Assembly (NCBI GenBank): GCA_051313645.2
Contig: JBNRSN020000031.1
Coordinates: 5,766,001-5,830,000, forward strand
Direction: 5' to 3'
Length of the DNA stretch: 64,000 nt
DNA from: Centroscyllium fabricii
Taxonomy: Eukaryota
A program made the translations under genes and the position numbers. Position 1 is the first letter of the stretch. Every line of letters starts with the position of its first letter. Under the pieces are notes generated by a model, which saw nothing but the letters and a program-made list of their open reading frames with translations, was not told the DNA's origin and ran no database searches. Below, in pieces: positions 43,739-57,700 of the stretch.

Positions 43739-45799
43739 TTGCATTTGTTCACCCCAGTCCAACACCGGCACCTCCGCATTATGGGAATTATATTCACGTA
43801 ATCACATGCTGAGTTATTATTGGCCCACAGGCATCTGTAAGGACTACATATTATATTCACGTAATCACTTGATGAGTTATCATTGGCACACAGGCATCTG
43901 TACGGGCTAACTATTATACTCCCGTAATAATATTTCTGAGTTATCATTGCCCACAGGCATCTGTAAGGACTACATTTATATTCACATAATCAAATGCTGA
44001 GTTATCATTGGCCCACAGGCATCTGTAAGGACCACCTATTATATTCATGTAATCACATGCTAAATTATGATTGGCCCACAGGCATCTGTAAGGACTACCT
44101 ATTATATTCACGTAATCACATGCTGAGTTATCATTGGCCCACAGGCATCTGTAAGGACTATCTGTTATATTCACGTAATTACATGCTGAGTTATCATTCC
44201 ACAACAGGCATTTGTAAGGACTACCTATTATATTCACGTATTCACATGCTGAGTTATCATTGGCCCACAGGTATCAGTAAGGACTACCTATTATATTCAC
44301 GTAATCACATGCTGAGTTATCATTGGCCCACAGGCAACTGTATGGACTACCTATTATATTCACGTAATCACATGCTGAGTTATCATTGGCCCACAGGTAT
44401 CTGTAAGGACTTCCTATTAAATTCACGTAATCACATACTGAGATATCATTGGCCCACAGGCATTTGGAAGGACTACCTATTATATTCACGTAATCACATG
44501 CTGAATTATCATTGGACCAAAGGCATCTGTAAGGACTACCTATTATATTCACGTAATCACATGTTGAGTTATCATTGGCCCACAGGCATCTGTATGGACT
44601 ACTTATTATATTCACGTAATCACATGCTGAGTTATCATTGGCCCACAGGCATCTGTAAGGACTACTATTGTATTCACTTAACCACATGCTGAGTTATCAT
44701 TGGCACACTTTCATCTGTAAGGACTACTATTGTATTCACTTAACCACATGCTGAGTTATTATTGGCCGCAGGCATCTGTAAGGACTACCTATTATATTCA
44801 CGTAATCACATGCTGAGTTATCATTGGCCCACAGGCATCTGTATGGACCTCGTATTATATTCACGTATTCACATGCTGAGTTATCATTGGCCCACAGGCA
44901 TCTGTAAGGACTACCTATTATATTCACGTAATCACATGCTGAGTTATCATTGGCCCACAGGCATCTGGAAGGAGTACCTATTATATTCACGTAATCACAT
45001 GCTGAATTATCATTGGACCAAAGGCATCTGTAAGGACTACTATTGTATTCACGTAATCACATGCTGAGATATCATTGGCCCACAGGCATCTGTAAGGACT
45101 ACCTATTATACTTACGTAATCACATGCTGAGTTATCATTGGCCCACAGGCATCTGGAAGGACTACCTATTATATTCACGTAATCACATGCTGAGTTATCA
45201 TTGGCCCACAGGCATCTGGAAGGACTACCTATTATATTCACGTAATCACATGCTGAATTATCATTGGTCCAAAGGCATCTGTAAGGACTACCTATTATAT
45301 TCACGTAATCACTTGTTGAGTTATCATTGGCCCACAGGCATCTGTAAGGACTACCTATTATATTCACGTAATCACATGCTGAATTATCATTGGCCCGCAG
45401 GCATCTGTAAGGACTACCAATTATATTCACGTGATCACATGCTGAGTCATCATTGGCCCACAGGCATCTGTAAGGACTACTATTGTTTTCACGTAATCAA
45501 ATGCTGAGTTATCATTGGCCCACAGGCATCTGTACGGACTACCTATTATATTCAGGTAATCACATGCTGAATTATCATTGGCCCACAGGCATCTGTAAGG
45601 ACTACATATTATATTCACGTATTCACATGCTGAGTTATCATTGGCCCGCAGGCATCTGTAAGGACTACCAATTATATTCACGTGATCACATGCTGAGTTA
45701 TCATTGGCCCACAGGCATCTGTAAGGACTACTATTGTACTCAATTAACCAAATGCTGAGTTATCATTGGCCCACAGGCATCTGTTAGGACTACTATTGT

Positions 45800-48700
45800 A
45801 TTCACGTAATCACATGCTGAATTACCATTGCCCACAGGTATCTGTAAGGGTTACCTATTATATTCACGTAATCACATGCTGAATTATCATTGGCCCGCAG
45901 GCATCTGTAAGGACTACCAATTATATTCACGTGATCACTTGCTGAGTTATCATTGGCCCACAGGCATCTGTAAGGACTACTATTGTTTTCACGTAATCAA
46001 ATGCTGAGTTATCATTGGCCCACAGACATCTGTAAGGACTACCTATTATATTCAGGTAATCACATGCTGAATTATCATTGGCCCACAGGCATCTGTAAGG
46101 ACTACATATTATATTCACGTAATCACATGCTGAGTTATCATTGGCCCACAGGCATCTGTAAGGACTACCTGTTATATTCATGTAATCACATGCTGAGTTA
46201 TCATTGGCCCACAGGCATTTGTAAGGACTACGTATTATATTCACGTATTCACATGCTGAGTTATCATTGGCCCACAGGCATCTGTAAGGACTACCTATTA
46301 TATTCACGTAACCACATGCTGAGTTATCATTGGCCCACAGGCATCTGTAAGGACTACCTATTATATTCACGTAATCACATGCTGAGATATCATTGGCCCA
46401 CAGCCATCTGTAAGGACTATCTATTATATTCATGTAATCACATGCTAAGTTATCATTGGACCACAGGCATCTGTAAGGACTACCTATTATATTCACGTAA
46501 TCACATGCTGAATTATCATTGGCCCACAGGCATCTGTAATGACTACCTATTATATTTACGTAATCACATGCTGAGTTATCATTGGCCCGCAGGCATCTGT
46601 AAGGACTACCAATTATATTCACGTGATCACATGCTGAGTTATCATTGGCCCACAGGCATCTGTAAGGACTACTATTGTACTCAATTAACCAAATGCTGAG
46701 TTATCATTGGCCCGCAGGCATCTGTAAGGACTACCAATTATATTCACGTGATCACATGCTGTGTTATCATTGGCCCACAGGCATCTGTAAGGACTACTAT
46801 TATATTCACGTAATCACAAGCTGAGTTATCATTGGACACCTGGCATCTGTAAGGACTACTATTGTATTCATGTAATCAAACACTGAGATATCATTGGCCC
46901 ACAGGCATCTGTAAGGACTACTATTGTATTCACGTAATCACATGCTGAGTTATCATTGGCCCGCAGGCATCTGTAAGGGCTACCTATTATATTCACGTAA
47001 TCACATGCTGAGTTATCATTGGCCCACAGGCATCTGTAAGGACTACTATTATATTCACGTAATCATATGCTGAGTTATCATTGGTCCATAGGCATCTGTA
47101 AGGACTACCTATTATATTCACGTAATCAAATGCTGAATTATCATTGTCCCAGAGGCATCTGTAAGGACTACCTATTATAATCACGTAATCACATGCTGAG
47201 TTATCGTTGGCCCACAGGAATCTGTAAGGACTACCTATTATATTCATGTAATCACATGCTGAGTTATCATTGGCCCACAGGCATCTGTAAGGACTACCTG
47301 TTATATTCACGTAATCACATGCTGAGTTATCATTGGCCCACAGGCATTTGGAAGGACTACCTATTATATTCACGTATTCACATGCTGAGTTATCATTGGC
47401 CCACAGGCATCTGTAAGGACTACCTTTTAAATTCACATAATCACATGCTGAGTTATCATTGGCCCACAGGCATCTGTAAGGACTACCTATTATATTCACG
47501 TAATCACATGCTGAGTTATCATTGTCCCACAGGTATCTGTAAGGACTACCTATTATATTCACGTAATCACATGCTGCGTTATCATTGTCCCACAGGCATC
47601 TGGAAGGACTACCTATTATATTCACGTAATCACATGCTGAAATATCATTGGACCAAAGGCATCTGTAAGGACTACCTATTATATTCACGTAATCACATGT
47701 TGAGATATCATTGGCCCACAGGCATCTGTAAGGACTACCTATTATATTCACGTAATCACATGTTGAGTTATCATTGGCCCACAGGCATCTGGAAGGACTA
47801 TCTATTATATTCACGTAATCACATGCTGAGTTATCATTGGCCACAGGCATCTGTAAGGACAACCTATTATATTCACGTAATCACATGCTGAGTTATCATT
47901 GGCCTGCAGGCATCTGTAAGAAATGCCTATTATATTCACGTAATCAGATGCTGAGTTATCATTGGCCCACAGGCATCTGTAAGGACTACCTATTATATTC
48001 ACGTAATCACATGCTGAGTTATCATTGGCCACAGGCATCTGTAAAGACTACCTATTATATTCACGTAATCACATGCTGAGTTATCATTGGCCCACAGGCA
48101 TCTGTAAGAACTACCTTTTATATTCACGTAATCACATGCTGAATTATCATTGGCCCACAGGCATCTGGAAGGACTACCTTTTATATTCACGTAATCACAT
48201 TCTGATTTATAATTGGCCCACAGGCATCTGGAAGGACTACCTATTATATTCACGTAATCACATGCTGAATTATCATTGGACCAAAGGCATCTGTAAGGAC
48301 TACCTATTATATTCACGTAATCACATGTTAGTTATCATTGGCCCCAGGCATCTGTAAGGACTACCTATTACATTCAGGTAATCACATGCTGAATTATCAT
48401 TGCCCACAGGCATCTGGAAGGACTACCTATAATATTCACGTAATCACATGCTGATTTATCATTGGACCAAAGGCATCTGTAAGGACTAATATTGTATTCA
48501 CGTAATCACATGCTGAGATATCATTGGCCCACAGGCATCTGTAAGGACTACCTATTATATTTACGTAATTACATGCTGAGTTATCATTGGCCCACAGGCT
48601 TCTGGAAGGACTACCTATTATATTCACGTAATCACATGCTGAGTTATCATTGGCCCACATGCATCTGGAAGGCCTACCTATTATATTCACGTAATCACAT

Positions 48701-51700
48701 GCTGAATTATCATTGGACCAAAGGCATCTGTAAGGACTACCTATTATATTCACGTAATCACATGTTGAGTTATCATTGGCCAGCAGGCATCTGTAAGGAC
48801 TACCTATTATATTCAGGTAATCACATGCTGAATTATCATTGCCCACAGGCATCTGTAAGGACTACCCATTATATTCACGTAATCACATGCTGAGTTATCA
48901 TTGCCCCACTGGCATCTGTATGGACTACCTATTATATTCACGTAATCACATGCTGAGTTATCATCGGCCCACAGGCATCTGTAAGGACTACCTATTATAT
49001 TCACGTAATCACATGCTGAGTTATCATTGGCCCACAGGCATCTGGAAGGACTACCTATAATATTCACGTATTCACATGCTGAGTTATCATTGGCCCACAG
49101 GCATCTGTAAGGACTACTATTGTTTTCACGTAATCAAATGCTGAGTTATCATTGGCCCACAGGCATCTGTAAGGACTACCTATTATATTCAGGTAATCAC
49201 ATGCTGAATTATCATTGGCCCACAGGCATCTGTAAGGACTACATATTATATTCACGTAATCACATGCTGAGTTATCATTGGCCCACAGGCATCTCTAAGG
49301 ACTACCTGTTATATTCATGTAATCACATGCTGACTTATCATTGGCCCACAGGCATTTGTAAGGACTACGTGTTATATTCACGTATTCACATGCTGAGTTA
49401 TCATTGGCCCACAGGCATCTGTAAGGATTACCTATTATATTCACGTAATCACATGCTGAATTATCATTGGCCCACAGGCATCTGTAATGACTACTTATTA
49501 TATTTACGTAATCACATGCTGAGTTATCATTGGCCCGCAGGCATCTGTAAGGACTACCAATTATATTCACGTGATCACATGCTGAGTTATCATTGGCCCA
49601 CAGGCATCTGTAAGGACTACTATTGTACTCAATTAAACAAATGCTGAGTTATCATTGGCCCACAGGCATCTGTAAGGACTACTATTGTATTCACGTAATC
49701 ACATGCTGAGTTATCATTTGCCCGCAGGCATCTGTAAGGACTACCTATTATATTCACGTAATCACATGCTGAATTACCATTGCCCACAGGTATCTGTAAG
49801 TGTTACCTATTATATTCACGTAATCACATGCTGAGTTATCATTGGCCCACAGGATTCTGTAAGGACTACCTATTATATTCACGTAATCACATGCTGAATT
49901 AACATTGGCCCGCAGGCATCTGTAAGGACTTCCAATTATTTTCACGTGATCACATGCTGAGTTATCATTGGCCCACAGGCATCTGTAAGGACTACTATTG
50001 TTTTCACGTAATCAAATGCTGAGTTATCATTGGCCCACAGACATCTGTAAGGACTACCCATTATATTCAGGTAATCACATGCTGAATTATCATTGGCCCA
50101 CACATCTGTAAGGACTACATTTTATATTCACGTAATCAACATCCTGAGTTATCATTGGCCCACAGGCATCTGTAAGTCTACCTGTTATATTCATGTAATC
50201 ACATGCTGAGTTATCATTGGCCCACAGGCATTTGTAAGGACTACGTATTATATTCACATATTCACATGCTGAGTTATCATTGGTCCACAGGCATCTGTAA
50301 GGACTACCTATTATATTCACGTAATCAAATGCTGAGTTATCATTGGCCCACAGGCATCTGTAAGGCCTACCTATTATATTCACATAATCACATGCTGAGA
50401 TATCATTGGCCCACAGGCATCTGTAAGGACTATCTATTATATTCACGTAATCACATGCTGAGTTATCATTGGCCCACAGGCATCTGTAAGGACTACCTAT
50501 TATATTCACGTAATCACATGCTGAATTATCATTGGCCCACAGGCATCTGTAATGACTACCTATTATATTTACGTAATCACATGCTGAGTTATCATTGGCC
50601 CGCAGGCATCTGTAAGGACTACCAATTATATTCACTTGATCACTTGCTGAGTTATCATTGGCCCACAGGCATCTGTAAGGAATACTATTGTTTTCACGTA
50701 ATCAAATGCTGAGTTATCATTGGCCCACAGACATCTGTAAGGACTACCTATTATATTCAGGTAATCACATGCTGAATTATCATTGGCCCACAGGCATCTG
50801 TAAGGACTACATATTATATTCACGTAATCACATGCTGAGTTATCATTGGCCCACAGGCATCTGTAAGGACTACCTGTTATATTCATCTAATCACATGCTG
50901 AGTTATAATTGGCCCACAGGCATTTGTAAGGACTACGTATTATATTCACGTATTCACATGCTGAGTTATCATTGGCCCACAGGCATCTGTAAGGACTACC
51001 TATTATATTCACGTAATCACATGCTGAGTTATCATTGGCGCACAGGCATCTGTAAGGACTACCTATTATATTCACGTAATCACATGCTGAGATATCATTG
51101 GCCCACAGGCATCTGTAAGGACTATCTATTATATTCATGTAATCACATGCTAAGTTATCATTGGACCACAGGCATCTGTAAGGACTACCTATTATATTCA
51201 CGTAATCACATGCTGAATTATCATTGGCCCACAGGCATCTGTAATGACTACCTATTATATTTACGTAATCACATGCTGAGTTATCATTGGCCCACAGGCA
51301 TCTGTAAGGACTAACAATTATATTCACGTGATCACATGCTGAGTTATCATTGGCCCACAGGCATCTGTAAGGACTACTATTGTACTCAATTAACCAAATG
51401 CTGAGTTATCATTGGCCCGCAGGCATCTGTTAGGACTACCAATTATATTCACGTGATCACATGCTGAGTTATCATTGGCCCACAGGCATCTGTAAGGACT
51501 ACTATTATATTAACGTAATCACAAGCTGAGTTATCATTGGACACCTGGAATCTGTAAGGACTACTATTGTATTCACGTAATCAAACACTGAGATATCATT
51601 GGCCCACAGGCATCTGTAAGGACTACTATTGTATTCACGTAATCACATGCTGAGTTATCATTGGCCCGCAGGCATCTGTAAGGGCAACCTATTTTATTCA

Positions 51701-54700
51701 CATAATCACATGCTGAGTTATCATTGGCCCACAGGCATCTGTAAGGACTACTACTATATTCACGTAATCATATGCTGAGTTATCATTGGTCCATAGGCAT
51801 CTGTAAGGACCACCTATTATATTCACGTAATCAAATGCTGAATTATCATTGTCCCAGAGGCATCTGTAAGGACTACCTATTATAATCACGTAATCACATG
51901 CTGAGTTATCATTGGCCCACAGGAATCTGTAAGGACTACCTATTATATTCATGTAATCACATGCTGAGTTATCATTGGCCCACAGGCATCTGTAAGGACT
52001 ACCTGTTATATTCACGTAATCACATGCTGAGCTATCATTGGCCCACAGGCATTTGGAAGGACTACTTATTATATTCACGTATTCACATGCTGAGTTATCA
52101 TTGGCCCACAGGCATCTGTAAGGACTACCTTTTATATTCACATAATCACATGCTGAGTTATCATTGGCCCACAGGCATCTGTAAGGACTACCTATTATAT
52201 TCACGTAATCACATGCTGAGTTATCATTGTCCCACAGGTATCTGTAAGGACTACCTATTATATTCACGTAATCACATGCTGCGTTATCATTGTCCCACAG
52301 GCATCTGGAAGGACTACCTATTATATTCACGTAATCACATGCTGAAATATCATTGGACCAAAGGCATCTGTAAGGACTACCTATTATATTCACGTAATCA
52401 CATGTTGAGATATCATTGGTCCACAGGCATCTGTAAGGACTACCTATTATATTCACATAATCAAATGTTGAGTTATCATTGGCCCACAGGCATCTGGAAG
52501 GACTATCTATTATATTCACGTAATCACATGCTGAGTTATCATTGGCCCACAGGCATCTGTAAGGACTACCTATTATATTCACGTAAACACATGCTGAGTT
52601 ATCATTGGCCCGCAGGCATCTGTAAGAACTATCTTTTATATTCACGTAATCACATGCTGAATTATCATTGGCCCACAGGCATCTGGAAGGACTACCTATT
52701 ATATTCACGTAATCACATTCTGATTTATAATTGGCCCACAGGCATCTGGAAGGACTACCTACTATATTCACGTAATCACATGCTGAATTATCATTGGACC
52801 AAAGGCATCTGTAAGGACTACCTATTATATTCACATAATCACATGTTGAGTTATCATTGGCCCCAGGCATCTGTAAGGACTACCTATTATATTCAGGTAA
52901 TCACCTGCTGAATTATCATTGCCCACAGGCATCTGGAAGGACTACCTATAATATTCACGTAATCACATGCTGATTTATCATTGGACCAAAGGCATCTGTA
53001 AGGACTAATATTGTATTCACGTAATCACATGCTGAGATATCATTGGCCCACAGGCATCTGTAAGGACTACCTATTATATTTACGTAATCACATGCTGAGT
53101 TATCATTGGCCCACATGCATCTGGAAGGCCTACCTATTATATTCGCGTAATCACATGCTGAATTATCATTGGACCAAAGGCATCTGTAAGGACTACCTAT
53201 TATATTCACGTAATCACATGTTGAGTTATCATTGGCCCGCAGGCAACTGTAAGGACTACCTATTATATTCAGGTAATCACATGCTGAATTATCATTGCCC
53301 ACAGGCATCTGTAAGGACTACCTATTATATTCACGTAATCACATGCTGAGTTATCATTGCCCCACTGGCATCTGTATGGACTACCTATTATATTCACGTA
53401 ATCACATGCTGAGTTATCATCGGCCCACAGGCATCTGTAAGGACTACCTATTATATTCACGTAATCACATGCTGAGTTATCATTGGCCCACAGGCATCTG
53501 GAAGGACTACCTATAATATTCACGTATTCACATGCTGAGTTATCATTGGCCCACAGGCATCTGTAAGGACTACTATTTTTTTCACGTAATCAAATGCTGA
53601 GTTATCATTGGCCCACAGGCATCTGTAAGGACTACCTATTATATTCAGGTAATCACATGCTGAATTATCATTGGCCCACAGGCATCTGTAAGGACTACAT
53701 ATTATATTCACGTAATCACATGCTGAGTTATCATTGGCCCACAGGCATCTGTAAGGACTACCTGTTATATTCATGTAATCACATGCTGAGTTATCATTGG
53801 CCCACAGGCATTTGTAAGGACTACGTATTATATTCATGTATTCACATGCTGAGTTATCATTGGCCCACAGGCATCTGTAATGACTACCTATTATATTTAC
53901 GTAATAACATGCTGAGTTATCATTGGCCCGCAGGCATCTGTAAGGACTACCAATTATATTCACGTGATCACATGCTGAGTTAATATTGGCCCACAGGCAT
54001 CTGTAAGGACTACTATTGTACTCAATTAAACAAATGCTGAGTTATCATTGGCCCACAGGCATCTGTAAGGACTACTATTGTATTCACGTAACCACATGCT
54101 GAGTTATCAATGGCCCGCAGGCATCTGTAAGGACTACCTATTATATTCACGTAATCACATGCTGAATTACCATTGCCCACAGGTATCTGTAAGGGTTACC
54201 TATTATATTCACGTAATCACATGCTGAGTTATCATTGGCCCACAGGATTCTGTAAGGATTACCTATTATATTCACGTAATCACATGCTGAATTATCATTG
54301 GCCCGCAGGCATCTGTAAGGACTACCAATTATATTCACGTGATCACATGCTGAGTTATCATTGGCCCACAGGCATCTGTAAGGACAACTATTGTTTTCTC
54401 GTAATCAAATGCTGAGTTATCTTTGGCCCACAGACATCTGTAAGGACTACCTATTATATTCAGGTAATCACATGCTGAATTATCATTGGCCCACAGGCAT
54501 CTGTAAGGACTACATATTATATTCACGTAATCCCATGCTGAGTTATCATTGGCCCACAGGCATCTGTAAGGACTACCTGTTATATTCATGTAATCACATG
54601 CTGAGTTATCATTGGCCCACAGGCATTTGTAAGGACTACGTATTATATTCACATATTCACATGCTGAGTTATCATTGGCCCACAGGCATCTGTAAGGACT

Positions 54701-57700
54701 ACCTATTATATTCACGTAATCACATGCTGAGTTATCATTGGCCCACAGGCTTCTGTATGGCCTACCTATTATATTCACGTAATCACATGCTGAGATATCA
54801 TTGGCCCACAGGCATCTGTAAGGACTATCTATTATATTCACGTAATCACATGCTAAGTTATCATTGGCCCACAGTCATCTGTAAGGACTACCTATTATAT
54901 CCATGTAATCACATGCTGAATTATCATTGGCCCACAGGCATCTGTAATGACTACCTATTATATTTACGTAATCACATGCTGAGTTATCATTGGCCCACAG
55001 GCATCTGTAAGGACTACCAATTATATTCTCGTGATCACATGCTGAGTTATCATTGGCCCACAGGCATCTGTAAGGACTACTATTGTACTCAATTAACCAA
55101 ATGCTGAGTTATCATTGGCCCACAGGCATCTGTAAGGACGACTATTGTATTCACGTAATCACATGCTGAGTTATCATTGGCCCGCAGGCATCTGTAAGGA
55201 CCACCTATTATATTCACGTAATCACACGCTGAGTTATCATTGGCCCACAGGCATCTGTAAGGACTACTATTATATTCACGTATTCACAAGCTGAGTGATC
55301 ATTGGCCCACTGGCATCTGTAAGGACTACTATTGTATTCACGTAATCAAACGCTGAGATATCATTGGCCCACAGGCATCTGTAAGGACTGCTATTGTATT
55401 CACGTAATCACATGCTGAGTTATCATTGGCCCGCAGGCATCTGTATGGGCTACCTATCATATTCACGTAATCACATGCTGAGTTATCATTGGCCCACAGG
55501 CATCTGTAAGGACTACTATTATATTCACGTAATCATATGCTGAGTTATCATTGGCCCATAGGCATCTGTAAGGACTACCTATTTTATTCACGTAATCAAA
55601 TGCTGAATTATCATTGTCCCAGAGGCATCTGTAAGGACTACCTATTATAATCACGTAATCACATGCTGAATTTTCATTGGCCCACATGAATCTGTAAGGA
55701 CTACCTATTATATTCATGTAATCACATGCTGAGTTATCATTGGCCCACAGGCATCTGTAAGGACTACCTGTTATATTCACGTAATCACATGCTGAGTTAT
55801 CATTGGCCCAAAGGCATTTGGAAGGACTACCTATTATATTCACGTATTCACATGCTGAGTTATCATTGGCCCACAGGCATCTGTAAGGACTACCTTTTAT
55901 ATTCACGTAATCACATGCTGAATTATCATTGGCCAACAGGCATCTGTAAGGAATACCTATTATATTGACGTAATCATATGCTGAGTTATCATCGGCCAAC
56001 AGTCATCTGTAAGGACAACTTATTGTATTCATGTAATCACATGCTGAGTTTTCATTGGCCCACAGTCATCTGTAAGGACTACCTATTATATTCACATAAT
56101 CACATGCTGAGTTATCATTGGCCCACAGGCATCTGGAAGGACTACCTATAATATTCACGTAATCACATGCTGATTTATCATTGGCCCACAGGCATCTGTA
56201 AGGACAACTATTGTTTTCACGTAATCAAATGCTGAGTTATCATTGGCCCACAGACATCTGTAAGGACTACGTATTATATTCAGGTAATCACATGCTGAAT
56301 TATCATTGGCCCACAGGCATCTGTAAGGACTACATATTATATTCACGTAATAACATGCTGAGTTATCATTGGCCCACAGGCATCTGTAAGGACTACCTGT
56401 TATATTCATGTAATCACATGCTGAGTTATTATTGGCCCACAGGCATTTGTAAGGACTACGTATTATATTCACATATTCACATGCTGAGTTATCATTGGCC
56501 CACAGGCATCTGTAAGGACTACCTATCATATTCACGTAATCACATGCTGAGTTATCATTGGCCCACAGGCATCTGTATGGCCTACCTATTATATTCACGT
56601 AATCACATGCTGAGATATCATTGGCACACAGGCATCTGTAAGGACTATCTATTATATTCACGTAATCACATGCTAAGTTATCATTGGCCCACAGGCATCT
56701 GTAAGGACTACCTATTATATTCACGTAATCACATGCTGAATTATCATTGGCCCACAGGCATCTGTAATGACTACCTATTATATTTACGTAATCACATGCT
56801 GAGTTATCATTGGCCCGCAGGCATCTGTAAGGACTACCAATTATATTCTCGTGATCACATGCTGAGTTATCATTGGCCCACAGGCATCTGTAAGGACTAC
56901 TATTGTACTCAATTAACCAAATGCTGAGTTATCATTGGCCCACAGGCATCTGTAAGGACTACTATTGTATTCACGTAATCACATGCTGAGTTATCAATGG
57001 CCCGCAGGCATCTGTAAGGACCACCTATTATATTCACGTAATCACACGCTGAGTTATCATTGGCCCACAGGCATCTGTAAGGACTACTATTATATTCACG
57101 TATTCACAAGCTGAGTTATCATTGGCCCACTGGCATCTGTAAGGACTACTATTGTATTCACGTAATCAAACGCTGAGATATCATTGGCCCACAGGCATCT
57201 GTAAGGACTGCTATTGTATTCACGTAATCACATGCTGAGTTATCATTGGCCCGCAGGCATCTGTATGGGCTACCTATTATATTCACGTAATCACATGCTG
57301 AGTTATCATTGGCCCACAGGCATCTGTAAGGACTACTATTATATTCACGTAATCATATGCTGAGTTATCATTGGCCCATAGGCATCTGTAAGGACTACTA
57401 TTATATTCACGTAATCATATGCTGAATTATCATTGTCCCAGAGGCATCTGTAAGGACTACCTATTATAATCACGTAATCACATGCTGAATTATCATTGGC
57501 CCACAGGAATCTGTAAGGACTACCTATTATATTCATGTAATCACATGCTGAGTTATCATTGGCCCACAGGCATCTGTAAGGACTACCTGTTATATTCATG
57601 TAATCACATGCTGAGTTATCATTGGCCCACAGGCATTTGGAAGGACTACCTATTATATTCACGTATTCACATGCTGAGTTATCATTGGCCCACAGGCATC
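45800..57700 (+). repeat. Higher-order repeat domain, ~4.4-4.7-kb duplication followed by a 1820-bp duplication
   Basis: ORF-track offsets 45983->50688 and 47193->51898 (4705), 48813->53269 (4456) and 54391->56211 (1820). Shared markers include TATTGTACTCAATTAA, TATTGTTTTCACG and TGTCCCAGAGG. Confidence 0.8.

Larger units (their letters stand above)
43615..43786. mobile_element. Penelope-like element pseudo-LTR fragment, two oppositely oriented partial terminal repeats
   Basis: 172-bp non-satellite insert with a perfect 32-bp inverted repeat and flanking direct repeat ATTATATTCAC (43604-43614 and 43787-43797). It carries a minus-strand hammerhead-like motif followed by AATAAAA and GTTGGACTTTAAACCTGGTGTTGTGTGA. 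From memory it resembles an abundant shark Penelope-type repeat (not searched). Confidence 0.72.

Noticed and set aside
43384-43947. ORFs 43384..43629 and 43690..43947 with non-repeat ends
   Set aside because: They are chimeras of satellite frame and the non-coding 172-bp insert.
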